This document shows, one piece after another, positions 27,846-37,718 of a stretch of DNA of 64,000 nucleotides. The notes beneath the pieces were generated by a model. That model made no database searches, was not told the DNA's origin, and saw only the letters and a program-made list of their open reading frames with translations. This DNA is from an uncultured virus (IMG/VR IMGVR_UViG_3300020454_000007) (Duplodnaviria; Heunggongvirae; Uroviricota; Caudoviricetes): IMG/VR virus record IMGVR_UViG_3300020454_000007. One strand, given 5' to 3'. Each line of letters begins with the position of its first letter. The stretch's first letter is position 1. The position numbers were made by a program, and so were the translations under genes.

Positions 27846-28832
27846 TTAGCGGTTGTTGTAAGCGTTCAACAAAGCTTGAGCATTGCTTAATCGTTGCGGT
27901 GTGTTTTGCACATCGGGGTTAGGACGCAAGTAATTATCTTGGAACGCATTGACAGACTGAGTTAGGTCAGAAATTTGATTAAAGCTGTTGGTATTCATAC
28001 CGCCAGTCCAGTGCGCACCCCCTTTCATTTCGTGCTGCAGATAACCAAGGTTTGCTTGATAACTGGTTGGGTCAAGATTTTGGGATTTAGCCCAGTTAAC
28101 GAACTCTGAACGACGGCTAGAGGAAGGACTATCAGTCCACATCATTACACCTAAGCCTTTAGTGCCATGGGCGTTTGGAGCGTATTCTTCCATTGCCTTA
28201 AAGCCATCAGTTTCATATTGTGCGTTACCGGCAATTGATGCCGCAGCAGTTGGAGAATACCCACCCTTAACAAGGTCAGTCATTAAGCGCATACCGTAAT
28301 CACTAGGTGCAACTTTTTCTATTGGGGTTGTTGGGGTTGATTTGGTTGGGGTACTATCGTCAGATTCACCACCTTCATACACATAATTGCTGGCCTCCTC
28401 TGCTTCCGCTTTATACTTACCTTCAAGTTCGTTAAGTCGGTTAACCTCATTCTGAAGAATTGAAGTGTCTACTTTCCTGACTGGCTTCTCAGGTGTTTTC
28501 GCTAATCCCTGACCGAGCAGGCCACCAGCTTTAACCAAGATGCCAGCCTTGCGCATAGAACTCTTGGCCTTTTCATCAGCCTCAAATACTTCTTTCTTTT
28601 GATTGGCAATAGAAACAGTTCCAGCAGCGTTAGTGGCTGCATTTATAAAAGCAGTCTTAGCATTAACAGCGGTGTCATACTTGGCTGCATCTTGCTTGAT
28701 TGATTCCTTAACTTGCTCTTCATACCTAGGTGCGTTATCCCTGGCTATCTGCGCAAACGCTGAAGATTGTTCCGCAGCTATCTGACCCGCAGTGACATAG
28801 TTAGCAGCACTTACTCGACCGGCGAATCTCAT
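27846..28832 (-). CDS. Virion-associated lysozyme (Phage_lysozyme2 C-terminal domain)
   Basis: AAASIAGNAQYE...GLGVMMWT...RR...NLGYLQHEM...YLRP...RLSNAQ. Confidence 0.8.
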   Translation of the reverse strand: MRFAGRVSAANYVTAGQIAAEQSSAFAQIARDNAPRYEEQVKESIKQDAAKYDTAVNAKTAFINAATNAAGTVSIANQKKEVFEADEKAKSSMRKAGILVKAGGLLGQGLAKTPEKPVRKVDTSILQNEVNRLNELEGKYKAEAEEASNYVYEGGESDDSTPTKSTPTTPIEKVAPSDYGMRLMTDLVKGGYSPTAAASIAGNAQYETDGFKAMEEYAPNAHGTKGLGVMMWTDSPSSSRRSEFVNWAKSQNLDPTSYQANLGYLQHEMKGGAHWTGGMNTNSFNQISDLTQSVNAFQDNYLRPNPDVQNTPQRLSNAQALLNAYNNR

Positions 28833-28893
28833 CTTGATAGAGCCTAAATATATCTACATTGTAGAATGTAATTATCCGTGAGTATTACTCGTA

Positions 28894-30330
28894 ATGGCTG
28901 AGCTGATAGGACCGGGTGGTCTAAGTTATAGAACTAACGACATTCCTGGTGTCAACGAGAAGTTGAAGGGCGAACAGCAAAAACAAAGTGAAGCCTATAA
29001 CAAGAAGTATGGTGTAGATACTGGCATCTTCAACCTGCAAGGGATGATGACAGACTTCTATGGTTTTGCACCTGAAAAAGACGACGCTGAAGGTCGGGGT
29101 ATTAAGCGCACATTCCAAGCAAATATGGTGCAGTCTGCGTTTGATACGCAGATGGCCAAAGACTTAGCATTCGCTAACCAAGAGGTTGCATCCGGTGCAA
29201 TGAACCAGGCTGCTGACCTGGAGATGCGTAACCAAGCTCAGGTAATGAAAGATGAGTTTGATTACGGTATGCAGAAGATGGGTTCAGAATTTGATCTACA
29301 GAACCGCTTTGCAACTGATGAGGCTGCACGTCAAACACTGTTGATGAGTCATGCCGGTAATGTTCAACAGAATCAAACCAAGACCGAAGGCAGTGAGAAC
29401 CGTTTAGGTCTTGCGACCTCAGGCGAACAAGAGCGTTTGACCTTAGACAAGAGTGGTCAAATTCAAGCTGGTCTGCAAGCACTGCAAGGAGCACAGGCTT
29501 TAGAGCAGATCAAGGAACAAGGTGATCAGTCTGCCAGACAAATTGGTGCCACAGGAGTTGAAACGCGCTTGACGCAAGAGCAACGTGGTGGCCAAGAGAT
29601 GTCCCAGTTGACTAAATCAGGCGAACAAGCTGTTGAACAGATTGGTGCTTCAGGTGATGAAGCTGTCCGCCAGATTGGTGCTACTGGTTCTGAGACACGT
29701 GAGACCATTGATACACAAGCTACGGCTGACATCAAGACTGCAGGTGGCACACAGAAAGATTTGATTGGTGCGCAGGGTGATGAATCTGTAAGACAGATTG
29801 GTGCTACAGGAACAGAAGCGCTCAAACAGATTGGAGCTACAGGTATTGAGTCGCGAGCAAATATTACTGCTCAGTCAAAAGCTAACATTGCTGAAGCAGG
29901 TGGAACACAGAAGGACTTGATTGGAGCTTCGGGTGATGAAGCTGTACGTCAGATCGGAGCTACCGGAACAGAAGCCTTAAAACAGATTGGCGCATCTGGT
30001 GACGTTGAAAAGACTTTGCAAAATATGCGTGGCATTCAGGCTCTAGATCAAATCAAAGGTCAAGGTGCAGAATCTTTGAAGCAGATTGGTGCATCTGGTG
30101 ACATTGAGAAGAGCTTGCAGAATACTCGTGGTGCCCAAGCCCTACAACAGATTGGTGCTTCAGGTAATGAAGCCGTAAGACAGATCGGTGCTTCCGGTGA
30201 TGAAAACGTCAGAGGCATTCAGACCACTGGTGCTGAAGAGCGTAAGGGAATGGAAACTCAGCAGCGCATGACTGCTAAGGACCGGGCTAACCAGTCTATG
30301 TATGCACGTCGTCTCGCAGGTATGATGTGA
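28894..30330 (+). CDS. Protein with many 11-residue QIGA(S/T)G repeats
   Basis: More than ten (Q/L)IGA(S/T/Q)G units at 11-aa periodicity. Confidence 0.8.
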   Translation: MAELIGPGGLSYRTNDIPGVNEKLKGEQQKQSEAYNKKYGVDTGIFNLQGMMTDFYGFAPEKDDAEGRGIKRTFQANMVQSAFDTQMAKDLAFANQEVASGAMNQAADLEMRNQAQVMKDEFDYGMQKMGSEFDLQNRFATDEAARQTLLMSHAGNVQQNQTKTEGSENRLGLATSGEQERLTLDKSGQIQAGLQALQGAQALEQIKEQGDQSARQIGATGVETRLTQEQRGGQEMSQLTKSGEQAVEQIGASGDEAVRQIGATGSETRETIDTQATADIKTAGGTQKDLIGAQGDESVRQIGATGTEALKQIGATGIESRANITAQSKANIAEAGGTQKDLIGASGDEAVRQIGATGTEALKQIGASGDVEKTLQNMRGIQALDQIKGQGAESLKQIGASGDIEKSLQNTRGAQALQQIGASGNEAVRQIGASGDENVRGIQTTGAEERKGMETQQRMTAKDRANQSMYARRLAGMM

Positions 30331-30869
30331 TGAATGCTTCTAAAGTAAACGGCGGAAAGGTATACGTAACCTATGTGGACGAGTGGCTAGATACTCTCCC
30401 GGCAGCTGATGCAGAAGACTTTAGAGAATTTGCTGAGATCACTCCGTCAGTAATAGAAATTTGGGTATATGCAGGAGTACTGAAATATCCAGGCACGTTT
30501 AATGACCTAGCGAGATGGGTCAAAATGAAATATAAGAAATTAGATCGTCGTGGTATCCTTAATAGCGAGATTAGTGCTCTTCATTCCGATATACAAGAGC
30601 TTAGAATGGCAATTACCTCGGGTGAAATTAAGGGCGACAATGGTGCTGCTCGACTGGGGGCGCTTGAAAAAGAACTTAGAAGCCATATTGAAACTTCTGA
30701 ACGAATGAATAAAACCACGGATAAGCGTGGCCTGATCTTGGCTGGTGCTGACCGTGTAATGCGTGAGATGACAGCCATCTTTAAAGATGACCCGCAGTTT
30801 GCAGAGCCAATGGACAATGCAATGAATGCGGTGTGGGCCAAGATCTACAGCGAGATTTCTAACCAATGA
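30327..30869 (+). CDS. Hypothetical protein, candidate terminase small subunit
   Basis: 180 aa helical protein shortly upstream of the large terminase; positional inference only. Confidence 0.45.
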   Translation: MMNASKVNGGKVYVTYVDEWLDTLPAADAEDFREFAEITPSVIEIWVYAGVLKYPGTFNDLARWVKMKYKKLDRRGILNSEISALHSDIQELRMAITSGEIKGDNGAARLGALEKELRSHIETSERMNKTTDKRGLILAGADRVMREMTAIFKDDPQFAEPMDNAMNAVWAKIYSEISNQ

Positions 30870-31123
30870 TTCCTGAAGTTCCAGAGATACCAGAGCTACA
30901 GCTTCAACAGCTGGGAGCTATGCGGCTGCAGAGGCCAGCCACCCCTGGCCTACCTCAACTACGTACCGAAAGTATTCTGGGATATGACCCACGTGCAGTA
31001 GCTGCAGCTCAATATGCAGAAGCTGTGCGTGTTGCTTATGAGGCGTCTCGTATTCAAGACGCGATTATGAGAGCAAAGGCTCGTAGAGAAGAAAGAGAAG
31101 AAGCGGCATACTATAGGTATTAA
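30866..31123 (+). CDS. Hypothetical protein
   Basis: 85 aa, ATGA-coupled. Confidence 0.6.
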   Translation: MIPEVPEIPELQLQQLGAMRLQRPATPGLPQLRTESILGYDPRAVAAAQYAEAVRVAYEASRIQDAIMRAKARREEREEAAYYRY

Positions 31124-31148
31124 GATATAAATACCCTAGAAAGTATTT

Positions 31149-32687
31149 ATGTCTAGCCCTAGCATTGCTTTAGCGTATCGCCGTAGCGCTTTGATGACGG
31201 CTACCAAAGTAACGACTAAGCCACCATCTGCAGAGGTGTTGCGGGCACGAGATAACTTCGTTGATTTCTGTACGTATATGGGTAAGCCCCCAGCTAAACA
31301 TATGCTGGAGTGGCACGCAGAATTATGTACTGGCACAGATAGTGAATGTTTAATAGGCGTTGGTGGACCCAATACTTCTATTCTCGCTCCACGTGGATCA
31401 GCTAAGTCAACAGTATTAGGTTTGTTCGCTGCTTGGATGATCGGACGACATACTGCAGTAAAGCAGATGTTGCGCATCCTGTATATCGCTTATATGGTTG
31501 ACATCTCCCGTGCAAAAAGTGCCACTATAAAAGGTATCCTTACATCTAACAAATACAGGGAAGTATTCCCTATGGTTAGATTGTCGAAGATAAAACGTTC
31601 AGACGAATATTGGAGTATAGATTATGACTTTGCAGGCATTGATACGGCAGGTGAAGAAGCTTTCACCATTGCTTGTGGAGGTCTCAAGGGAGCAATTACA
31701 TCGAAAAGATCGCAATTGGTGCTTATCGATGACCCTATTAAATCCGCTGCATCCATCAATAATCCTGACATTAGAAGGGAGATGGAACAAACGTGGTCCA
31801 ATGTCATTGCACCTACTATGTTCCAAGGTGCACGGGCCATCTGTTTGGGCACCCGATTCCATTTCGACGACATACACGCAACTCTATTTATCCCCAAAAA
31901 TAACTGGAAGCAAATTGTCCAAAAAGCAGTCATAACAAACGAGGAGGGTAAGCAGCGTTCGTACTGGCCAGAGTTCTGGTCAATGAAGTATCTAAATGAA
32001 CGTAAGAGTGAAGACCGGGTTGCATTTGCATATCAGTATCTCAACACTGCTGTTCAGTCCAGTGACGTTGGCATCTCACCAGAGTTAATCACTAAGGGTG
32101 TGGTGCCCGATGACTACGACTGTATTGGCGTAGGTATTGACCTTAGTGCTGGCTTGAATGAAAAGAACGACTGGACTGTCTTCACGTTAGGTGGCATCAA
32201 AGAAGGCAAGATCTACTTGATTGACCAACGTCGCCTTAAATCTATGGGAAACATAGAAAAGATGGATACGTTATGCGAGATGCTTGCTGACTGGAATATC
32301 TTGCTTGAAAACGAAAGAGGGCAGTACTTCCCTACAAACTCAGTATGCACAATCTGGCCTGAAGCAGTTGCATATCAGTCTTCATTTGAGGGTGACTTCA
32401 AACGAATTATGTTTGACAATCGTGCCCTCTACAATCTGAACTGTAGTCCTGTCAAGGGATTCAAAGGAGACAAGCTAGCTCGACTGCGTGGTGTCTTAGG
32501 ACTTTACGAACACCGCAAAGTTGTGTGGAACAAATGGCGAAAGTGGGATGTACTTGAAGACGAACTACTAAACTTTGGTCACGCATCACACGATGATGCA
32601 GTGGACTCAATGGTGCTAACTATGGGAGGTTTGCTAAGAAGGGGTTCGTTACAATTAGATTACAATAACGATAGCCAGTACCTGTAA
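31149..32687 (+). CDS. terL: Terminase large subunit
   Basis: Walker A APRGSAKST, Walker B LVLIDDP, LGTRFH, nuclease GIDLS and HDDAVDS. Confidence 0.93.
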   Translation: MSSPSIALAYRRSALMTATKVTTKPPSAEVLRARDNFVDFCTYMGKPPAKHMLEWHAELCTGTDSECLIGVGGPNTSILAPRGSAKSTVLGLFAAWMIGRHTAVKQMLRILYIAYMVDISRAKSATIKGILTSNKYREVFPMVRLSKIKRSDEYWSIDYDFAGIDTAGEEAFTIACGGLKGAITSKRSQLVLIDDPIKSAASINNPDIRREMEQTWSNVIAPTMFQGARAICLGTRFHFDDIHATLFIPKNNWKQIVQKAVITNEEGKQRSYWPEFWSMKYLNERKSEDRVAFAYQYLNTAVQSSDVGISPELITKGVVPDDYDCIGVGIDLSAGLNEKNDWTVFTLGGIKEGKIYLIDQRRLKSMGNIEKMDTLCEMLADWNILLENERGQYFPTNSVCTIWPEAVAYQSSFEGDFKRIMFDNRALYNLNCSPVKGFKGDKLARLRGVLGLYEHRKVVWNKWRKWDVLEDELLNFGHASHDDAVDSMVLTMGGLLRRGSLQLDYNNDSQYL

Positions 32688-32691
32688 TCTA

Positions 32692-34014
32692 ATGGCCAAT
32701 AGATATAACTCTCAGCCTAAGCGCGGCGGCAAAGGTGTGCTTCGCAACCCTGCTGATGCTGAGAAACCAGCACAACTAGATAAATACAACACGAAGGGTG
32801 GAGGCAATAAGGGTGTTGCTCCTCAGAGAATGAACAAGAGGGGTAATGCACGTCCTGGACGTAGAGGCACCTTTGCTGATGGCACTACTTATAACAGCAA
32901 GAGCCAAGGTTCTAATAAGTTCCAAACAGCTGACGTAGAGTTTCTGCGTGGTCAAGGTCGTACCGACCAAGAAATCGTCGATATGATGAACACGATGGAT
33001 CCCCGTAACGTGGGTTCCAACGCTCAGTACGAATTAGGTCTTGGTAAGCGCAGTGGTGACTACGAAAGTCTTGCTGATTTCAATCCCGCTGAATTTGGCA
33101 ATGCTAGGGTCAACACTGGTGATGTAAAAGCTGCCCTCGAAGGTGGCGAGTTCACTGCTCGTGAGCTAAACAAGCACATCAAATCAAAAGGATATGGCGT
33201 AGGCCGCAGTGCCCAGAAACTACTTAACAGCCGTATTGAGCCACTTAAGAATGAAGTTGCAAAAGCCCAAGGGAAGGATGGTGCTACAGCTCCTGGCCCC
33301 AGTGAAGCCACAGCTGTTCCTGGTGAACCGTTCACGAATCTGTCCACTACTACAACAACCCAAATAGGGTTAGCCGGTGACGGTACCCTTGGTGACGATA
33401 ACGTTGGCCCTAAGCAGGAAATCGAACAAACGCTGAACGATCAAGACACGATTAACAGCGATAAGCAGAACATTGGTGGTAACTTAACGAGCGACATTAG
33501 CGGCATTAACTACGGTTCTAACCTTGTCAACAGTGACCTCAGCGTAAACATTAACAGTGGTGCACAGCAGGGGATGAACGCTGCTAATTCCAGAAGCTCT
33601 GCTGGTGGCAGTGCTGGTCAATCCACTGGTTCTATGGGCTTCAACGACTTAGGTCTTGATAACCTTGCTTCTGCGACTGCAACTAACGCACTACTGAACA
33701 ACCAACTTCAGCGTTCACGTGCAGATATGACAGGTATGGGACGTGGTGCAGCTGCATCTGCTGCTGCTGAAAACATCACTGGTTCTAAGGATCGGGTTGC
33801 AACTCTTGATTACTACACCCAGATGAATCCTTACTACAATCAGGCTAAGTCTGATGAGTACACTAAGCTTGCATTTGGTGATGTATATAACAATAACTTC
33901 GCTAATCGTCTTGGTGGTGGCCTTGAATTTGCGAGACCTGAGTCTCCAGTGAATCCCGAAATGGACTATGACCTCGATGACACCCTCGATAAAATCAAAA
34001 AAACCGGCGGCTAA
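32692..34014 (+). CDS. Hypothetical protein, putative virion protein
   Basis: 440 aa Gly/Asn/Ser-rich ORF between terminase and portal. Confidence 0.7.
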   Translation: MANRYNSQPKRGGKGVLRNPADAEKPAQLDKYNTKGGGNKGVAPQRMNKRGNARPGRRGTFADGTTYNSKSQGSNKFQTADVEFLRGQGRTDQEIVDMMNTMDPRNVGSNAQYELGLGKRSGDYESLADFNPAEFGNARVNTGDVKAALEGGEFTARELNKHIKSKGYGVGRSAQKLLNSRIEPLKNEVAKAQGKDGATAPGPSEATAVPGEPFTNLSTTTTTQIGLAGDGTLGDDNVGPKQEIEQTLNDQDTINSDKQNIGGNLTSDISGINYGSNLVNSDLSVNINSGAQQGMNAANSRSSAGGSAGQSTGSMGFNDLGLDNLASATATNALLNNQLQRSRADMTGMGRGAAASAAAENITGSKDRVATLDYYTQMNPYYNQAKSDEYTKLAFGDVYNNNFANRLGGGLEFARPESPVNPEMDYDLDDTLDKIKKTGG

Positions 34015-34043
34015 TCGCTAGTATATAAAAAAGGGTACATTAA

Positions 34044-36275
34044 ATGAACTACGGGGACGGCTTTAAGCAAATACTTGAGGCTGCGAAAGATCGCAGAGGT
34101 GATAGCTCCACTGATACGATGATCGTAGCTTCGCATCTCTCACAGATGCGGACATTTATCTTACGTCGTGGCCTTGAGTTCTACTGTGATCAAGATAGTT
34201 ACGGTAAACGGAAAGAGTTTCTAGCGAAGATATATAGCGATAATATGCTGGAGATGAAACTCGACAGCATTGTTGACTACTTCTTGTGTGACGGACAAGG
34301 ATTGTTCTATTTCCGCCCCTCCGGTGACACCTATCAGCTGCTGTACTTCCCTAAGGACAGATATAGGTGCTATCGCAATCAGATGGGCGAGATTGACAAC
34401 GTAGTGCTGGTCTACAGTTTTGGTGTCAAAGGTAAGGATCAACTGGCTGGTATGTACGCACAGCCCAACAGCCGTGGCGGTAAGAAAAAGTATATCAAGC
34501 TGAGTGTATTCAAAGATCGTATTGAGCAGACTGTCAGTGACGAGAAGATAAACTTTGAAGATGAAAACCCCCTAGCTACTTCCAATATGCAGGGGCAGAC
34601 AGAGACGCTAACCAACTCCCTTGGTTTCATCCCTGCTATTGAGGTATTCAATCACCTTGATTGCACAGGTGAATCAACAGGTCGTGGTGAGTTTGACTGG
34701 CTCTCACATCAGATTCTGTATCACGACGAGCTGGTGCGGAACATCCGTAAGAACATGAAGTTCTTCGGCAACCCCACACTCCTATCTTCACGTCCTAAGC
34801 ACGACATTGTCGAAAGTGGTGATGGAGAGAACGGAATGCGCCCGACGATCAGCTCACAAGCTGGCTTCAGGCCAATGTCTACACCCAACCAACCCTTCGG
34901 TGCCCCGTCTCCTATTGATGGGCAGATCAAAGTTCCTAGGGTGATTGCAAACCTGGAGCCTACTGATCGTGTCAATTACTTAACTCCTGACAGTGTGTCA
35001 GGTGACCAGAACCTTTATGTCAAACAGTATCGCTCAGAAATTCGCTTGGCTCTTGGTGGTGTTGACGATATCGATATCAACACTGCGGCTACTGCCTATG
35101 AAATCAAAACCCTGTACGGACGGGTTGCAGCTACAGCTGAAAAGAAAGCCAAAGCTATGTTTGAGTATGGCTTATGTAAGCTGATGTCGATGATGATTCA
35201 ACACGAAGAGTTTCTCTTTGAAGAATCATTTGCACAGGCTATGGGTCTAGTAAAACCAGAAGTCCCGTTGCCTGAAAACTTTGCAACGCCAGTTGAATAT
35301 GAAGAAGCGATGCTTGCTTATAACGAACAGCAAGTGAAGTTTCTTGCAACTAGGGACGAAATGTTCCGTGTTAAACTTGAGGCAGGCGAGATCCCACCGG
35401 GGGTCACTGGCCTCATCCCTGACGGCAACACTAAAGTTAGTTGGCGTTGGACTGGGCAAGTATTTGAGGATGACAGTAATGACGTACTTCAGAACAGTAT
35501 TGTTGTTCGTAACCTCCAAGAACTAGGTGTTGATTCAATCGAAGCACTTAAGTTCCTGTTCCCAGGTAAAACTGATGAGGAGAGAGCATCAATGCTTTCA
35601 GGCTATCCCTTCAGGATGGTTCAGCAAACACAACAGTCTTTAAACCAATTTATTGGTCTTCTCGGCAACCTATATCAATTGCCTCATCCTCAGACACCAA
35701 ACTTACCTTTGGCATCTGACCCAAATCTGGATATCACCGGATTCTTATACCGATCACTCGAATTCTTACGCAAGGAGTTAAGTTACAGTGGAACATACAA
35801 GTCAAGCAGCACCGACGATCGCCCAACCAAGCTCAGCGATGCCGACCGCAAGCGTGCCCAGCGCGGTCAGCCAACACGTGATGAGCGACCCGTCTCAATT
35901 CCAGGCATCAACGGTCCAACCCCAGGCACCTCAGGTGCAGGCGGCTCCGGTTTACCAACAGACAGCGGCTCCGGCAGCTCAGGGGAATCCATGGCAAGAA
36001 GCATTTCAGGCGCTGAGCGCAAGTCTGACTACGCCCAGCCAATCCCAGGCCCAGGTACCGTACTCGGCTTACCAGACTCCAACACCACAGGCTCCTTCCC
36101 AAGCAGCTTGGGCTTCGCAAGCCCCAGCTCCACAGCACCAGTATTCGGAAGCCCAGACATACAGTCCCCAAGCTTCAACCCAGGCGTATTCGGCCCAGGA
36201 AGTACAAGCCCTGATGGCGCAGCAGGCGGCAATGCAAAGCCAGCCCGCCGCTCCAGCCGTTCAAAGCGGAAGTGA
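34044..36275 (+). CDS. Putative portal protein
   Basis: Size, position between terminase and scaffold/capsid, portal-like features (NSLGFIPAIE...GEFDWL...FFGNP); low-complexity C-terminal tail. Confidence 0.7.
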   Translation: MNYGDGFKQILEAAKDRRGDSSTDTMIVASHLSQMRTFILRRGLEFYCDQDSYGKRKEFLAKIYSDNMLEMKLDSIVDYFLCDGQGLFYFRPSGDTYQLLYFPKDRYRCYRNQMGEIDNVVLVYSFGVKGKDQLAGMYAQPNSRGGKKKYIKLSVFKDRIEQTVSDEKINFEDENPLATSNMQGQTETLTNSLGFIPAIEVFNHLDCTGESTGRGEFDWLSHQILYHDELVRNIRKNMKFFGNPTLLSSRPKHDIVESGDGENGMRPTISSQAGFRPMSTPNQPFGAPSPIDGQIKVPRVIANLEPTDRVNYLTPDSVSGDQNLYVKQYRSEIRLALGGVDDIDINTAATAYEIKTLYGRVAATAEKKAKAMFEYGLCKLMSMMIQHEEFLFEESFAQAMGLVKPEVPLPENFATPVEYEEAMLAYNEQQVKFLATRDEMFRVKLEAGEIPPGVTGLIPDGNTKVSWRWTGQVFEDDSNDVLQNSIVVRNLQELGVDSIEALKFLFPGKTDEERASMLSGYPFRMVQQTQQSLNQFIGLLGNLYQLPHPQTPNLPLASDPNLDITGFLYRSLEFLRKELSYSGTYKSSSTDDRPTKLSDADRKRAQRGQPTRDERPVSIPGINGPTPGTSGAGGSGLPTDSGSGSSGESMARSISGAERKSDYAQPIPGPGTVLGLPDSNTTGSFPSSLGFASPSSTAPVFGSPDIQSPSFNPGVFGPGSTSPDGAAGGNAKPARRSSRSKRK

Positions 36276-36810
36276 TTCTTATCTGAGCCAGATCTCTGAT
36301 ACTTCACTTGAAGTTCTTGAGCACTTTGGCGCTGAAGCTCCTGCTCTTCTGAACCAGTACGCTTGTGCTGTTGAAGATGCACTGATCGAACAGGTTCGCA
36401 CTACTCAGTCAATGAACCTGATGCTTAACGCTGCTGGCGAAGAGCGTGCAGCTATGAACATTATGTTGACTGATCCAGACATCCTGGCTGACTACGTCAA
36501 CGACTTCTTCGGTGCTAACGGTCCTTATCCGACCGAAACTCCTCAGGAAGCTTATGAGCGTGAGCAAATTGAAGCTGCTCAACAGTTCGAGTCTGAAATC
36601 GAAGCTCAAGAGCAACGTCAAGTTCCTCAGAACTTCCAGCGTCCTCAGATGGAAATGCCTACCCCTGGTCAACACCAGAACGGTGAGGCTGCCAACTTCT
36701 GGGGTCAGTTCTCTCAGATGATGGATAGCAACCCTGAGAATGCTTGGCAGTATCTCTCCGGTGCTAACCCTGCTGCCTTCCAGCAGAAGATGATGATCCA
36801 AGATCTTTGA
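35788..36810 (+). CDS. Putative capsid scaffolding protein
   Basis: Gln/Ala/Pro-rich N-terminus, acidic helical C-terminus; AAGGAG RBS upstream of GTG. Confidence 0.6.
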   Translation: MEHTSQAAPTIAQPSSAMPTASVPSAVSQHVMSDPSQFQASTVQPQAPQVQAAPVYQQTAAPAAQGNPWQEAFQALSASLTTPSQSQAQVPYSAYQTPTPQAPSQAAWASQAPAPQHQYSEAQTYSPQASTQAYSAQEVQALMAQQAAMQSQPAAPAVQSGSDSYLSQISDTSLEVLEHFGAEAPALLNQYACAVEDALIEQVRTTQSMNLMLNAAGEERAAMNIMLTDPDILADYVNDFFGANGPYPTETPQEAYEREQIEAAQQFESEIEAQEQRQVPQNFQRPQMEMPTPGQHQNGEAANFWGQFSQMMDSNPENAWQYLSGANPAAFQQKMMIQDL

Positions 36811-36818
36811 TCTTAAGT

Positions 36819-36836
36819 GGGGGTCTTCGGACCCCC
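36819..36836 (+). terminator. cUUCGg hairpin after scaffold gene (terminator or stabiliser)
   Basis: GGGGGTC-TTCG-GACCCCC; no U tract. Confidence 0.55.
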
Positions 36837-36871
36837 TACAATAGTTATTAAGAACGAATTACTGCATAACA

Positions 36872-37336
36872 ATGAACGGAATGCGCCCTGGTTCACCTGC
36901 AATGCACGGTCTGCAGGACAATATGCCTCAAGGATATGAAGCAATGATTCCTGGTAATCAGGGACTTGCTAATGCATACGACGGTGCGATGACCGGAGGA
37001 AAAAGTGGTGGCGGGATGAGCAAGGTCTATGCCGAGCCTCAGGCTGAGCGTGCTCAATATCAGTCAGAGCAGTTGACTAACCTCAACATGCGTGATGCAT
37101 CAACATACGCACAGAACCAAGCTCTTGGTAATGCTCGTCAGATGCAAATTGAGGAAGCAGGAGTGCAGAGCAGAATCAACCGTGGCCTTAATCAAGTGAT
37201 GGGCGACCTGATTATGCACGACAGACGTATTCCTTCTGGTGGTGCACACCTACAAGAACTAAGCCGTCAAATGGAAGGTGACGGTGGCGTTGAATTTAGA
37301 AAGCGTATCGGTAATGCACGTCAGCAATTTGGATAG
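36872..37336 (+). CDS. Hypothetical protein
   Basis: 154 aa; TACAAT at 36837. Confidence 0.7.
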   Translation: MNGMRPGSPAMHGLQDNMPQGYEAMIPGNQGLANAYDGAMTGGKSGGGMSKVYAEPQAERAQYQSEQLTNLNMRDASTYAQNQALGNARQMQIEEAGVQSRINRGLNQVMGDLIMHDRRIPSGGAHLQELSRQMEGDGGVEFRKRIGNARQQFG

Positions 37337-37363
37337 AATAAGGGTACTAAATAATATTTAGCC

Positions 37364-37669
37364 GTGTCAGAATGTTCTTGCCGTAAGGCTGGAGATATCC
37401 AGGAACATAATCCTGAAGTCTTCCAGACAATATGGAAACACTTAAAGTCTGACGGAATGCAGGATCAGGCTGCCAATCATTTGACAGCCGAGATGTTGCA
37501 TCATGGTGAGGACTTCGAGTCCTCTATTGATCTTTATCAGCAGAACTACGACAACTACATATCCAAGGGATTTAATGAGCACGCTGCTCAAGCAATGGCC
37601 GTAGAAAGTATGGAAGAAGGTGCAGAACAGCCAGTCAAAAGTATTAGATTTGCGATGCTAAATGGTTGA
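37364..37669 (+). CDS. Hypothetical protein
   Basis: 101 aa with internal duplication (GMQDQAANHLTAEML / GFNEHAAQAMAVESM). Confidence 0.65.
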   Translation: MSECSCRKAGDIQEHNPEVFQTIWKHLKSDGMQDQAANHLTAEMLHHGEDFESSIDLYQQNYDNYISKGFNEHAAQAMAVESMEEGAEQPVKSIRFAMLNG

Positions 37670-37695
37670 CATAAATGACATTTAGTAGGTATACT
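37666..37695 (+). promoter_or_regulatory. Sigma70-type promoter of the sigma factor gene
   Basis: TTGACA-N18-TATACT, 23 nt before ATG; spacer contains inverted repeat TAAATG-A-CATTTA. Confidence 0.7.
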
Positions 37696-37718
37696 ATATT
37701 GTATTCAACTAAAGTTAT

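Noticed and set aside
19458..30330. Classical tape measure protein or virion RNA polymerase
   Set aside because: No sufficiently long ORF with the expected motifs; such genes could lie outside the window
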